DNA from: an uncultured Planctomycetaceae bacterium
GTDB taxonomy: Bacteria > Planctomycetota > Planctomycetia > Planctomycetales > Planctomycetaceae
Length of the DNA stretch: 64,000 nucleotides
Assembly (NCBI GenBank): GCA_963813715.1
Contig: CAWFAK010000002.1
Coordinates: 1-64,000, forward strand
Direction: 5' to 3'
The notes below the pieces were generated by a model. The model was not told where the DNA came from. It did no database searches and was given only the letters and a program-made list of their open reading frames with translations. The translations under genes and the position numbers were made by a program. Shown piece after piece: positions 1-12,552 of the stretch (the stretch's first letter is position 1; each line of letters starts with the position of its first letter).

Positions 1-253
1 AGCTGCAGCACGACTCTTTCGATTCCGCACTACGGCCGGAGCGCTTGGTTCCGGCGTCGATGACCATGCGGATTTCGTCGGCCGACATGCCGCGGCTGAG
101 CATGTCCTGCTTGAGGGCCGCGGCGATTTCGCGCTTACGGACGTCGGTCCACATTCCGCCCCAAATGGCAACGAGCGCGATCAGCATGCCGCCGCCGACG
201 ACGAAGAACCCCATCAACTCGCCAAAGTTAAACCGCGTCAATAAATCGCTCAT
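1..253 (-). CDS. Small membrane protein (~84 aa), end at window edge
   Basis: ATG at 253-251; translates MSDLLTRFNFGELMGFFVVGGGMLIALVAIWGGMWTDVRKREIAAALKQDMLSRGMSADEIRMVIDAG...ESCCS; one hydrophobic helix; stop not visible. Confidence 0.7.
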   Translation of the reverse strand, partial: MSDLLTRFNFGELMGFFVVGGGMLIALVAIWGGMWTDVRKREIAAALKQDMLSRGMSADEIRMVIDAGTKRSGRSAESKESCCS

Positions 254-541
254 GCCTCGACTTCCCTTGGTGGGTCTTGTGGCTGCTCACTAAGCCCGAA
301 CTACTCACTGACTCGAACGGGCCGGAGCCGCATCAATTTCCCGGCGTCTCGCTGTCGGCGGCCGGAGAAGACTATTTTCTTATTGTCACCGGCATTGGCA
401 TCCGAAGCGAGTCCTTCCCCGCGCCGCTGCAGACAAAACGATACCCGGCGTGCCTATTTATTCGCCCAGGCCGGGTGATTCTTAAGGAGATTTTTCGACT
501 CGTTGAAAACTAAAGCTCCGGCAAGAGTCCCTTTGGCCCCC

Positions 542-1390
542 TCAGTCGATCAGCCCCGAGAGCCAGTGGGCGATGTTGAGGGCCAGTTGGCGGTTGTCGC
601 AGTGGGGCACGTTCATTCCAACGCGGCGGGGTGGGTTGCCATAGATTTCGGCTGCGAGGGTGTTGGCTTCGCCCAGCACGACCACGCGGCCCCGCCCGAA
701 TTTGAGCGCGACGCCCTGGGAGCGGCCGCCCGCTGAATTGCCGGTGTCTGGACCAGTGTCGGTGGCCGTGTCGGCGAACTTGAGCAAGGCGACGCTCCCG
801 GACGGACCCCTGAGCGACTGCCCGTTGAAGGTCAGGACGCGATTGATGTGCTCCGTCGCGCTGCGGCCGCGGAGGATGGCATGGTCCCCCAGCTGGTTCT
901 TCTCGCGAGTGAAAGCCAGGCCGTCGGCGACGCGGCTCGACGAATCGAAGGCGAGCTGCCGGCTCATCTCGACGCCGAAATACTTGGCCAGCTCCGCCGA
1001 AGCGGAGGCAAACGACTGTTGGTTCGCGATCAACAGCAGTCCACCGCCGCCTCGCACCCAATTCTGCAGGCTTTCGCACTCGTCGCGAGTGAATGCCGAT
1101 TTCTGCTCGCTCTGCAGGAGCTGGGCGTTCGCGACGACTAGCACATCGTAGTCATCGAGACGGCGGGCCGTGAAGGGGTCAAGGATCGCGCTGACGCGAT
1201 ATCCGTCGTTCGATAACAGGTCCAGGAAGGGCTTATAGCGATGGCCCGCCGTGTCAAAGTTGCGGTGGTTCTCGTCGATCCCGACCGTGGGGTGTTTGGC
1301 GGTGTAGGCCGGGTGCGGCACCTTCACGTCGAAGTCGGGATCGTTCCGCTGGCCGACGATGCGACGAGTGGCCACTCGGCGCGGCGCCAA
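542..1390 (-). CDS. DUF4350/class I GATase-like domain protein; probably the C-terminal domain of the upstream WD40 protein (frameshift near 1390)
   Basis: Motifs IDENHRNF..GHRYKPFLDLL, WVRGGGGLLLIA, GRGRVVVLGEA, DNRQLALNIAHWLS; no own RBS or signal peptide; overlaps the WD40 ORF tail. Confidence 0.65.
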   Translation of the reverse strand: MAPRRVATRRIVGQRNDPDFDVKVPHPAYTAKHPTVGIDENHRNFDTAGHRYKPFLDLLSNDGYRVSAILDPFTARRLDDYDVLVVANAQLLQSEQKSAFTRDECESLQNWVRGGGGLLLIANQQSFASASAELAKYFGVEMSRQLAFDSSSRVADGLAFTREKNQLGDHAILRGRSATEHINRVLTFNGQSLRGPSGSVALLKFADTATDTGPDTGNSAGGRSQGVALKFGRGRVVVLGEANTLAAEIYGNPPRRVGMNVPHCDNRQLALNIAHWLSGLID

Positions 1391-3555
1391 TCGCGCAGAC
1401 GGTTCGGAGCGACTTCCGGCGAGCCGAATGGTTTGAGGCCGGTTCGCTTACGAAATGCGGCCGAGTCGAGGATTTCCATCGCGCCGCTGGGCTTCTCGAC
1501 CAGGAAGACGAAGGACGAGTCGATGAGTCTCGGCGGCCCGGAGAGAAAACGGCCGTCGGCCGAGATCACGATCGAGTCGTCGGCGTTGGGGTAGAAAATG
1601 ATGGTCTCGGGCCGGCTCGATTCGGTCGACCAGACACAAACGGTCGGGCTCCTTCCGGCCGTGACAAAGCGGCGGCCGTTCGGGCTGAAACTCGCGGTGA
1701 AGAGCGGTCCCCCGTGGCCGTCGAATGTACGCAACAGCGTCCCGTCGGCCCGCCACAGCTTCGCCAAGCCGTCCCAGCCCACGGTCGCGAAGCGCGCTCC
1801 GTCGGGGCTGTAGGTCACGTCCATGCAGCTGCCGAAGGCGTGGGCCGGCGACGTGCGTCGGGGGCGACTGGTGTCGCTGAGGTCCCACTGCTCCCAGTAG
1901 CCGGCGTCGTAGCCCAGCAAAATCTGCTTGCCGTCCGGGCTGATGTCGACCGCATCGACTTCGCCTTTGAGATTCTGGAGCGTAGCCAGCGACTCTCCGG
2001 CCGAGTTGTAAACGTGGACTGCGAACAGCTTCCGGCCTGGCGCGGCCTGCAACACGAGCAGGCGGGTGCCGTCCGCGCTCCACCGCAGACTGTCGACATT
2101 GCCGGACGCCCGAAAGGTCGACTCGAGTGGGCCGCTCGGTTTCGCGACACGAATTATTTGTCGCGCCACCGACGCGAATAAGCCGGTCTTGGCGTTCCAA
2201 GCCACAAACTGGGTGGGCGTCATCAGCTCGAATGGGACCGTCGCCGGACCGCCGTTGGGGTCGGTAATGATGGGCTCGCGTCCCGAGCGGACAACCACGC
2301 GCTTGCCGTCGGGGCTCCAGGCGATCTGACCGCGCCCATCAAAGGGGAGGATCGGGTGTTCCATATAGCCCACCAGGGAACCGTCGCTCCGGCGGAATTC
2401 GACGCCATTCCTCGTCACGACGGCAATCCGGTCGCCGGCGGGGCTCCAATCGGCATAGCTGTAGTTGGGGAGCGTGTAAGGCGATGCATTCGACTCGCGG
2501 ACCTCTCCCGTTTGCTGGTCGAGAGTCACGAGCAGGCTGTCTCCGCCGAAGGCGATTTTTTTCCCGTCGGGCGACCAGGCCATCGAGGTCTGGTCCATGC
2601 CTTGAAGTGGCCCAATGCTTCGCGGGGCCTGATTTTCTCCAGCCTCGTTGAGGGCAACGAGCTGGCCGGTCCCCATAAGTGCCAGCAACAGCCCGTCGAG
2701 ACTCCATCCCAGGCCGTAGATCTGGTCCGACTCGGTGCGGACGGCGATTTGTTTGCCCGCCGTGTCCCAAATCCGCAGGTCAACTGAGTATTGGGAGTCG
2801 TCCGTCGAGTAGACGCCGCGGGTTGCCGTCGCCAGCCGCTTGCCGCTGTTGCTCCAGGCCAGGAGCTTGATCGGGCTTCGTTGCTCCGGAAACGTGACCG
2901 CGAGCGTGCCGTCGATGTTCCAGATTTTCGTGAGATGCTTGTCGTCGCCGGTCGCGATCTGCCGCCCATCGGGACTCCAAGAGAGGCAATTGACGGCAGA
3001 GTCCGCTGCCCGGAAGCTGCGAATGGTCGAGCCGTCCGCCTTGACGATCCGAACGGTCCCGTCCGCTCCGCCCCACGCCAGCCGGTCGCCGTTCGGAGCC
3101 CAGGCGGCACAATTGATGGGGCCGTGCGGACTCGTCAGCACGGTCAGCGGCGCACCGTCGGCCGACCAGATGCGGACAGTCCCGTCATCGCTGGTCGACG
3201 CGATCAGGTGGGTCGTGCGATTCCAGTCGATCGAGCGGACCTGCTGCGAATGCCCCAGCAGGATTTTTGACGTCTCGAACGTGTGGGAATTGCAGATGCG
3301 GATCGCGCTCGCCTCTTGGTAGGCGAGTTGTCTGCCGTCGCTGCTCCAGGCGACGGCCGTGATCCGTCCGCGCGGAACCTTGTAGGCCAGCTGCCAGCGA
3401 CCGATGCCCGGCAGGGGACGCGGCGCTGCCAGCAGGCCGGGCAGCGGTTCACGCCCGCCGCGTGGTGCCGCCGCGTCGCCCGCGATCGCGGCATTCCCAC
3501 AAGTCCCTGCGAACAAAACAACGGCAGCCGCGAACCAGTGGCGAGACAGGGTCAT
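1324..3555 (-). CDS. Secreted WD40-repeat beta-propeller protein
   Basis: Many GH...WSPDG...D.TVRIW repeats; N-terminal signal peptide from MTLSRHWFAAAVVLFAG (ATG 3555). Confidence 0.9.
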   Translation of the reverse strand: MTLSRHWFAAAVVLFAGTCGNAAIAGDAAAPRGGREPLPGLLAAPRPLPGIGRWQLAYKVPRGRITAVAWSSDGRQLAYQEASAIRICNSHTFETSKILLGHSQQVRSIDWNRTTHLIASTSDDGTVRIWSADGAPLTVLTSPHGPINCAAWAPNGDRLAWGGADGTVRIVKADGSTIRSFRAADSAVNCLSWSPDGRQIATGDDKHLTKIWNIDGTLAVTFPEQRSPIKLLAWSNSGKRLATATRGVYSTDDSQYSVDLRIWDTAGKQIAVRTESDQIYGLGWSLDGLLLALMGTGQLVALNEAGENQAPRSIGPLQGMDQTSMAWSPDGKKIAFGGDSLLVTLDQQTGEVRESNASPYTLPNYSYADWSPAGDRIAVVTRNGVEFRRSDGSLVGYMEHPILPFDGRGQIAWSPDGKRVVVRSGREPIITDPNGGPATVPFELMTPTQFVAWNAKTGLFASVARQIIRVAKPSGPLESTFRASGNVDSLRWSADGTRLLVLQAAPGRKLFAVHVYNSAGESLATLQNLKGEVDAVDISPDGKQILLGYDAGYWEQWDLSDTSRPRRTSPAHAFGSCMDVTYSPDGARFATVGWDGLAKLWRADGTLLRTFDGHGGPLFTASFSPNGRRFVTAGRSPTVCVWSTESSRPETIIFYPNADDSIVISADGRFLSGPPRLIDSSFVFLVEKPSGAMEILDSAAFRKRTGLKPFGSPEVAPNRLRDWRRAEWPLVASSASGTIPTST

Positions 3556-3797
3556 GAAATCACCCTCCCAACACGAGTCGCCGCGGCCCGTCGATCGTTG
3601 TTGTCCTGTGCACCATACCTTCCGGCGTGGCCGATATTCAATCGGCATTTTCCGGCGTCCGACGCGGTTGGCTCGTTCAAAGCGCCGATCCCGTTCGCGG
3701 AATGGCGCAACGCGAAACTATAATCGGATCGGTCGAAGGCGACGAAAGCGCGGTTCCAATTTCGATCCGCGCCACTCAACTCGTGAAGGAAGCATCG

Positions 3798-4550
3798 ATG
3801 CGTGGAATGGCTTTCATGTTACTGACGGGTATCGTGATTGGTGGACTCGCTTCTGCCCGCGTTCGCGGCGATGAGCCCAAGGTCGAAGCCGGCAAGCAGG
3901 TCGCGACAACGTTCGATGGAAACGTGCACGTGACGCTCAAATACCTGTTGTATCTGCCGCCCGATTACGACAAGCACGACAAGTGGCCGCTGGTGCTGTT
4001 TCTGCACGGGGCCGGCGAGCGGGGCGACGACCTGAACGCGATCAAACGGCACGGCCCGCCTAAGCTCATCGAAGGCGGAAAGCAGTTTCCGTTCATCGTC
4101 GTCAGCCCGCAGTGCCCGAAAGATCATTGGTGGAACAACGAATTGGTAACGCTCACTGCCCTGCTCGATGAGGTCGTCGCCAAGCACAAAGTCGATCAGG
4201 ACCGCGTTTACCTGACCGGTTTGAGCATGGGGGGCTTCGGCACGTGGGCGCTGGCGGGGTCCACGCCCAACCGTTTTGCCGCGCTCATTCCGATCTGCGG
4301 TGGAGGCGAGCCGCTCCTGACCCGCGCGCTCAAGCACGTGCCGGTGTGGGCCTTTCACGGCGGCAAGGATCCGATCGTCCCCGTGAAGCGATCACAGGAT
4401 CTGATCGAAGCGCTTCAGCGCAATCACGGCGATGCCAAGATCACGATTTATCCGGAGGCGGGACACGATTCGTGGACGGCGACCTACGACAATCCGGAAA
4501 TCTACGAGTGGCTGCTCTCGCATAAGCGGACGGCCAAGCCGGAGGGCTGA
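3798..4550 (+). CDS. Secreted alpha/beta hydrolase (phospholipase/carboxylesterase, peptidase S9-like)
   Basis: LFLHGAGERG, GLSMGG nucleophile elbow, HGGKDPIVP, AGHDSW; GAAGGA RBS. Confidence 0.9.
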   Translation: MRGMAFMLLTGIVIGGLASARVRGDEPKVEAGKQVATTFDGNVHVTLKYLLYLPPDYDKHDKWPLVLFLHGAGERGDDLNAIKRHGPPKLIEGGKQFPFIVVSPQCPKDHWWNNELVTLTALLDEVVAKHKVDQDRVYLTGLSMGGFGTWALAGSTPNRFAALIPICGGGEPLLTRALKHVPVWAFHGGKDPIVPVKRSQDLIEALQRNHGDAKITIYPEAGHDSWTATYDNPEIYEWLLSHKRTAKPEG

Positions 4551-4639
4551 GATCGCCGGCAACTCGCTGCGATTGAAGAGCCCTCGGCCACGTCCCGTTG
4601 GTGAGGTGCAGCCGTTAAGAGAGAAGATCCCTCGCTGAC

Positions 4640-5621
4640 CAGCTTTTTGCCGAGGAGTCATAAAGACTTGCGCAATAAAAAGTTGGTGCTACACATAGTC
4701 TCAATCGTAACCACACGAAAGGAGACGGATGTGGAACACCAACTCTGGAAGGCGATTTTGATCCTTCTCAAACAGGCGAGCAAGCTTCGTCGGCGCACGC
4801 GGGAACGATACGGGGCAGACGACATTGTGCAGGTTTGGCTGTGGGCCGTTCTGCACGGTCGGCCTGTGTCCTGGGCGTGCGATCTTCGGAACTGGCCGCT
4901 GCATGAGCGTCGCCGCAAATTGCCATCGTCGAGCACCATGTCGAGACGACTGCGGAGTGCCGAGGTCCAGCAAATGCTGCAAGAGATCGAACGTTCTGAA
5001 CTGGCTCCTCGTGGGAACAAGCCCCTGTATTGGATGATCGATGGCAAGCCTCTGCCGATCGGCGGTTGCTCGAAAGACCGGCAAGCTGGGTACGGCCGCG
5101 CCGCGGGCTGCAAAGCCAAAGGGTACAAGCTACACGCGGTGGTCGGCAGCGATGGCTCGATCGCTGCCTGGCGCGTGGCTCCCATGCAAAAGGATGAGCG
5201 GGCGATGGGGCGGCGGATGTTGAAGCAAGCGGCTGTGCAAGGGTACTTGCTCGCCGATGCAAATTTCGACTCGAACCAGTTACACGATGTCTGCCTCGAA
5301 CGCGGCGTGCAACTGGTGGCACCTCCGCGTTACGGATTTGGCCGTCGCCGTGGCCATCGGCGTCAGAGTCCCGCTCGGCTGCGATCTCTTGAACTGCTCT
5401 CGAATCCGCAAAGCTCGTTCGGCCGTGCCCTCCATCAAGAACGTAACGCGATCGAACGCTACTTCGGATACTTGAGCACTTGGAGTGCCGGATTGCAGGC
5501 ACTGCCCGCTTGGGTTCGCGGCCACCGACGCGTCCACCGCTGGGTGCAAGGCAAGCTCATCTTTACCGCCTTGCGACGGCGATGCCAAAAAACGACTTAC
5601 GTCACGAGATGAAAAAAGTTG
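4640..5621 (+). mobile_element. Insertion sequence (~982 bp, DDE transposase) inserted in a REP unit
   Basis: Imperfect terminal IRs CAGCTTTTTGC / GAAAAAAGTTG; flanks TGAC|...|TCAC rebuild the REP; single transposase ORF. Confidence 0.8.
4731..5612 (+). CDS. DDE transposase (DDE_Tnp_1-like; IS5/IS982-like, family uncertain)
   Basis: IDGKPL, GYKLHAVV, LADANFDS, RNAIERYFGYL DDE motifs; GTG start after AAGGAG. Confidence 0.9.
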   Translation: MEHQLWKAILILLKQASKLRRRTRERYGADDIVQVWLWAVLHGRPVSWACDLRNWPLHERRRKLPSSSTMSRRLRSAEVQQMLQEIERSELAPRGNKPLYWMIDGKPLPIGGCSKDRQAGYGRAAGCKAKGYKLHAVVGSDGSIAAWRVAPMQKDERAMGRRMLKQAAVQGYLLADANFDSNQLHDVCLERGVQLVAPPRYGFGRRRGHRRQSPARLRSLELLSNPQSSFGRALHQERNAIERYFGYLSTWSAGLQALPAWVRGHRRVHRWVQGKLIFTALRRRCQKTTYVTR

Positions 5622-5737
5622 TCACGCTTCGGGTTGGCGTGACGCAGCGATTAAGAGAGGAGCCCTCGCTCACGCTTCGGGTTGGTATGGCGCGCGCACC
5701 CGAAGCGTCAGCGAGGCCATCCCGGAAGTTCGTCGGC

Positions 5738-6997
5738 TTACCCTGGCGGCAGGAGCATGTAGATCCCCTGCCCCTTGGCAGAGGGAATGGTGAAGTAGAC
5801 TTCGCCCTCGGCGTCAGTGCCGAAGGACATCACGGTCGGGTTGCCGGGCGCGGGGATCGGTCGGTTGGCCGTCACTCGCTTTTTGTCGAAGTCGTACCAC
5901 AGCGCCCACAGTTTGCCCGAGACGTAGTCGGCGTAGATGTAGGCGCCTTGCAGCTCGGGGATCTTTTTGCCGCGATACACCGGGCCGCCGATGATCGACT
6001 TGCCGATGTCGTGATCGTATTCCCAGATGGGATCGATGGCGTTGGCCGGCTTGACCGCGTCCGCACGCGGCTTGCGACCCTTGGGTGCGAACGGATGGAG
6101 CCCTTCGCGAATGTTCCAGCCGTAGTTGCCGCCTTTCACGATCAGGTCGATCTCCTCGTACATGTCCTGCCCGACGTCGGCCGCCCAGAGCACGTTGCCG
6201 TCGAAGACGAACCGCCACACGTTGCGGAGACCGTAGGCCCAGATCTCCGGGCGGGCGTCCTTTTCGTTGACGAACGGGTTGTCGGGCGGAATCGCATACG
6301 GCAGATCGCCCGACTTGTGGTCGACGTCGATCCGCAGGAGTTTGCCCAGGAGCTTCGAAAGGTTTTGGCCGTTTTTGTACGGGTCGTTGGCCAAGCCGCC
6401 GTCGCCGACCGCAATGTAGAGGTAGCCGTCGGGCCCGAAGACGATCGTGCCGCCGTCGTGGTTCCAGAACGGCTTGGTGAACGTGATCAGGATTTCTTCG
6501 GAGGCGGGGTCGGCCTTGTTCGGATCGTCCTTGCTGACGTGATACCGGGCCAAAATGTTCTGCCGCGGCCGCGCCGTGTTGGTGTAGTAGACGAAGAACT
6601 CGCCGTTCTCCCGATACTTGGGATGAAAGGTGAGGCCCAAAAAGCCCTCTTCGTTCATCTTGTCGCGATACGAGACCTTCTTCGACAGGTCGAGAAAGAC
6701 GTTCGCCGTCGTCGCCTTCTGATCGTTGGGCAGCACGTAAATCACGCCTTGCTGCGTCGGCACGAACACGCGGTTCGTCCCGTCGCCGGCGGCCGCCACC
6801 AAAATCGGCCGAAACTGGTCGGCGATGCCCGTTTCCTCCGGGCTCTTCCATCCCGGCCACTGCACGTCGGCAAACGCGGGCTTGATGCTGAGCGGCAACG
6901 GGCGGGTATCGACTTCGTCGGCCCCGGCGGCAACGAGGGGAACGGCGACAACCAGCAGGGCGAAGAAGCCAAGTAGCTTCACAGCGAACCGAGGCAT
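5738..6997 (-). CDS. PQQ-dependent glucose/sorbosone dehydrogenase family protein
   Basis: EEGFLGLTFHP, NHDGGTIVFGPDGYLY, GKLLRIDVD, AYGLRNVW, GGNYGW; signal peptide. Confidence 0.93.
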   Translation of the reverse strand: MPRFAVKLLGFFALLVVAVPLVAAGADEVDTRPLPLSIKPAFADVQWPGWKSPEETGIADQFRPILVAAAGDGTNRVFVPTQQGVIYVLPNDQKATTANVFLDLSKKVSYRDKMNEEGFLGLTFHPKYRENGEFFVYYTNTARPRQNILARYHVSKDDPNKADPASEEILITFTKPFWNHDGGTIVFGPDGYLYIAVGDGGLANDPYKNGQNLSKLLGKLLRIDVDHKSGDLPYAIPPDNPFVNEKDARPEIWAYGLRNVWRFVFDGNVLWAADVGQDMYEEIDLIVKGGNYGWNIREGLHPFAPKGRKPRADAVKPANAIDPIWEYDHDIGKSIIGGPVYRGKKIPELQGAYIYADYVSGKLWALWYDFDKKRVTANRPIPAPGNPTVMSFGTDAEGEVYFTIPSAKGQGIYMLLPPG

Positions 6998-7061
6998 CGT
7001 GGAGTTCCTCTTGTGGTGCGTCGTGGGGTGCGGCGACGATCCTGACCCCACCTGATCCGGT

Positions 7062-7946
7062 TCAATCTTCGAGCGTGACGGCCGTGATGGTGCCAGCCCT
7101 GGTGTCGGGGATCAGCAGTCGTCCAGTCTGGGCGTCGAAGTAAATGTCGGCCGGCGACTTGAAGCCTTTAAGCAACAGCCGCGGCTGGTCCGACTGCGAA
7201 TTCATAACGAAAATCCGTCCGCCCCGCCAATCGCTCGTGTAAATGCGGCCCTTCGCATCGCGGGTCAGTCCGTCCGTGCTGCCCAGCCCGCGGGCCAGTT
7301 CGACCGCTTTCCCATCCGCCAGATTCAGTCGATTGAGCCGCCCCGACGTGAAGTCGACAAACAGCAGATGGCCAGGCCCGTCCATGAGCATGCCGTTGGG
7401 GGCCTTGAGTTCGGGCGCCGTTTTCTGGCTGACGACGACCACGATTTCTTTCGACGGCTTGATGCAGAAAATGGCCCCGTTGGAGACGAACCGGCCGCAA
7501 TCGGAAACATAGATGTCCCCCTGCGGACTGGCTTCGATGTCGTTGAGAAAGAGCGGCTTCGTGGGAAAGGCGTCGGCCGCCGCGTAAACGGCGGTCGTTC
7601 CTGTGGCGTCGATCCGCCAGACGCGGTTTTTGTCGGCGACGAAAAAGTCGTGCCCATGGACGACGAGCCCCATCGGGTCGTCGAGACCCTTCGCGAACTC
7701 TTTCGGCTGGTCGCCCTCGATGACGGCGAGAGCGCCGTCGCCGTTGACGCCCGAGCGGCCGATTTCGGTGACGTAGAGCCGTCCGTCGGGCCCGCGAGTC
7801 ACCGATTCGGGGCTGCGCAAACCGCGGACAATCACTTGCGGCTCGGCCGCTGTCAGCCGGGTTGCCGGCGCCAAAACAACGGCCGCAGCCACGAGACACA
7901 TGAGTCGACGTCGGAGGCCAATGCCGCGAGAGAGTGCGTGCCGCAT
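7062..7946 (-). CDS. SMP-30/gluconolactonase-like beta-propeller protein
   Basis: GLRSPES, FLNDIE, APNG, TDGLTRD, SPADI motifs; signal peptide. Confidence 0.85.
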   Translation of the reverse strand: MRHALSRGIGLRRRLMCLVAAAVVLAPATRLTAAEPQVIVRGLRSPESVTRGPDGRLYVTEIGRSGVNGDGALAVIEGDQPKEFAKGLDDPMGLVVHGHDFFVADKNRVWRIDATGTTAVYAAADAFPTKPLFLNDIEASPQGDIYVSDCGRFVSNGAIFCIKPSKEIVVVVSQKTAPELKAPNGMLMDGPGHLLFVDFTSGRLNRLNLADGKAVELARGLGSTDGLTRDAKGRIYTSDWRGGRIFVMNSQSDQPRLLLKGFKSPADIYFDAQTGRLLIPDTRAGTITAVTLED

Positions 7947-8120
7947 GAGCGTTTCCCCAAAGCGAAGGGTTCACACACGGGGGGCCGGCGAAGTCGCCCA
8001 CTCCGCCGACAGACGGGATCGAGTGCCCGATGAGCCGCCGTTATAACCGTCACGTGACGGCGGTTCCAGCCCCTGGCAACAAATCGGCTGCGTCGAGAAA
8101 CGGCCACGCGGCGCGGCAGG

Positions 8121-10499
<2,379 letters not shown>

Positions 10500-10609
10500 G
10501 CGCGATTTCCAGCATTTCAATCGGCCGCAAGGCGATGCATCGATTCTCACGAAAGGCAACGGGTCAGGCGGTTGGGCGTCGAGCGGCCAAAGTCGGGTGA
10601 GGGTCCCGC

Positions 10610-12199
10610 CTACTTCGCTTTATCTTTATCTTTTTCGCCGGACGAGGGACGGCCGCCACGCCCGAAGAAGGTCGGAAGAAACGGATTCTTGGTCTCGTTC
10701 GCCTCGTCATGCCGGACCTCCCCGACGATGACTTGCGCTCCTTCTTTCAGATCGCCGGCGACGACCTCAACCTCGGTGCCATCAGTGAGGCCCGTTTCGA
10801 TCTTGAGGGGGCGGGCAAAGCCATCTTCGTCGACCCAGACCGTTGGTCTCTCGCGACGGGGTCCCGCCTTTCTGGGCTTGTGCAGGTCGCTCGTCGTGCT
10901 GCCGGACTGATGGCCGTTGCTGCCGGCGCCCCTCGTGCGGCCGCGGCCGTCCCCTTTCGTCGAACCGGCCCCCTTCTCTTTTGATGCCCCCTCCTCTCTT
11001 AACGGGTGCGCGTCCTTGGATTCGGAGGTCTCGTCACCGGCCGAGGCGTCGTCGGACTGATCGTTTGCCGCGAGCGCCTCATCACCTTTTGATGCGGTGC
11101 TTCCCGGCGATTCTTTCTGGGACTTGGGAGCTTGATCGGATTTGGATTGCTGCGGTCCGCCTCCGCGACGCTTCGATGACTTCGCGAAGGCTTCTCGCGC
11201 GTCGGCGACGACTTGATTGGGCTGAGGCTTCCAGCGCAGGGCCGCGCTGGGGACGAGAAGCACTTTGTTCCGCTTGGCGACCTCGAACTTGACGTTCGCG
11301 GTCATATAGGGCAAAAGGCGGCCACTCGTGTTATCCGTCGTCACGACGACGGTGTACGTGACGACATTTTGCGTCATGTTGGCGTTGAGTCGAATTTGCG
11401 ACACTTCACCGCGAAAAGTCGTGTTCGCAAAGGCATCCACGGTGAACTGCACCGGCTGGCCTGGGTGAATCTGACCGATATCGGCTTCATTCACCGACGC
11501 CCAAAGCTGCATCCGCGTCAGGTCGCGGGCGATCAGAAACAAACTGGGGGCGCTCAGACTCGAAACGACCGTCTGGCCCATGTTTACGCGACGATCGACG
11601 ATCACGCCTTTCACAGGCGACGTGATGGTGCAGTAATTCACGTTGGTTTGAGCCGTCTCCAAATTGGCCTTGGCCTGCTCGACGGCGGCCTCTGCCGCAG
11701 CGAGCGCTGGCTTCTTGGTTTCGAGGTCGGCCTGCGCCGTGTCGTAATCGGCCTGGGTCATGACCTTGCGTTCGTGCAGAGTCTGGGCGCGGTCCCAGTT
11801 GAGCTGACTCAACTTGAGGTTGGTCTTTGCCTGGTCGAGCATCGCCAGAGAATTGTCGAGATTAGCCTTCGCCTGGTGCAGAGAGGCCTTGTAGAGCGCA
11901 GGGTCGATCTGCGCCAGGACCGTGCCCACCTCGACGTGGGAACCGTAGTCGATGTTCTTGCTCGGATCCTGCAAATCGTGTCCGAAAGCCTGGACCATCC
12001 CGGCAATTTGGGCGCCGACGTCAACGACTTCCTCGGCCTCGATCACCGCCGTGGCGTTGATCGTGGCCAGCAGGTTGCCCCGCTCCACGCTCACCGTGCG
12101 AAAGGTGCTCGGATGGTCAGCCGTTTCGTGGACGTACCAGGCGGCGACGCCGCCAACGACACCGGCCAAGCCGGCCAAAAAGATGAGGGATTTGATCAT
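10610..12199 (-). CDS. macA: MacA-like efflux membrane fusion (periplasmic adaptor) protein
   Basis: ITSPVKGVIVDRRVNMGQTV, VNEADIGQI, NVVTYTVVV; adjacent to macB. Confidence 0.88.
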   Translation of the reverse strand: MIKSLIFLAGLAGVVGGVAAWYVHETADHPSTFRTVSVERGNLLATINATAVIEAEEVVDVGAQIAGMVQAFGHDLQDPSKNIDYGSHVEVGTVLAQIDPALYKASLHQAKANLDNSLAMLDQAKTNLKLSQLNWDRAQTLHERKVMTQADYDTAQADLETKKPALAAAEAAVEQAKANLETAQTNVNYCTITSPVKGVIVDRRVNMGQTVVSSLSAPSLFLIARDLTRMQLWASVNEADIGQIHPGQPVQFTVDAFANTTFRGEVSQIRLNANMTQNVVTYTVVVTTDNTSGRLLPYMTANVKFEVAKRNKVLLVPSAALRWKPQPNQVVADAREAFAKSSKRRGGGPQQSKSDQAPKSQKESPGSTASKGDEALAANDQSDDASAGDETSESKDAHPLREEGASKEKGAGSTKGDGRGRTRGAGSNGHQSGSTTSDLHKPRKAGPRRERPTVWVDEDGFARPLKIETGLTDGTEVEVVAGDLKEGAQVIVGEVRHDEANETKNPFLPTFFGRGGRPSSGEKDKDKAK

Positions 12200-12552
12200 A
12201 AACGTGTAATTCTCTACCGCGGCGGCTGTAGTAACAAGTCCCAACGAGATCGTTCGCCAGCCAACCGGACTCGTGTGCCGCCTAAGCTTTACGATTCCTG
12301 AAGACAGAGACTGACCGCCCCGGCCAGCGTTCGTCCAGCCTGTGCCCGGCGCGTCGGCCCTTCCCCAGTGTACGAAAGTTGCAAACGGCCCGCTGGACTG
12401 GCGACAGGTCGATCCGGGCGTTCGTCAGGAATGAGGTGAGAAAATGCCGGATGTTGGCGGATTTGGGGGCGCGACGACGGCGTAGGATTGGCAAGGGTTG
12501 CGGCCGATTGGCCCGGTTCAGCTCAGACTTGCCGGCCCCAGTCTTGGGGCAG

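Larger units (their letters stand above)
4566..5716. repeat. Tandem array of ~46-bp units carrying a REP-like palindrome (CCCTCGCT[C/G]ACGCTTCGGGT), interrupted by an IS, plus one inverted copy
   Basis: Degenerate unit ~4566-4607; split unit 4608-4639 + 5622-5643; intact unit 5644-5685; inverted copy ACCCGAAGCGTCAGCGAGG 5698-5716. Confidence 0.8.

Noticed and set aside
1..30. C-terminal CCS as a lipid-modification signal
   Set aside because: The stop codon lies outside the window, so the terminus cannot be confirmed.
4566..5716. CRISPR-like short repeats around the transposase
   Set aside because: The inter-repeat segments are similar to each other (tandem units) and one copy is inverted, which fits REPs rather than spacers.
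5480..6976. Long antisense ORFs (also 40883-42634, 24473-25900, 62002-63150 and others)
   Set aside because: Shadow ORFs expected opposite real genes in high-GC DNA, with no motifs.
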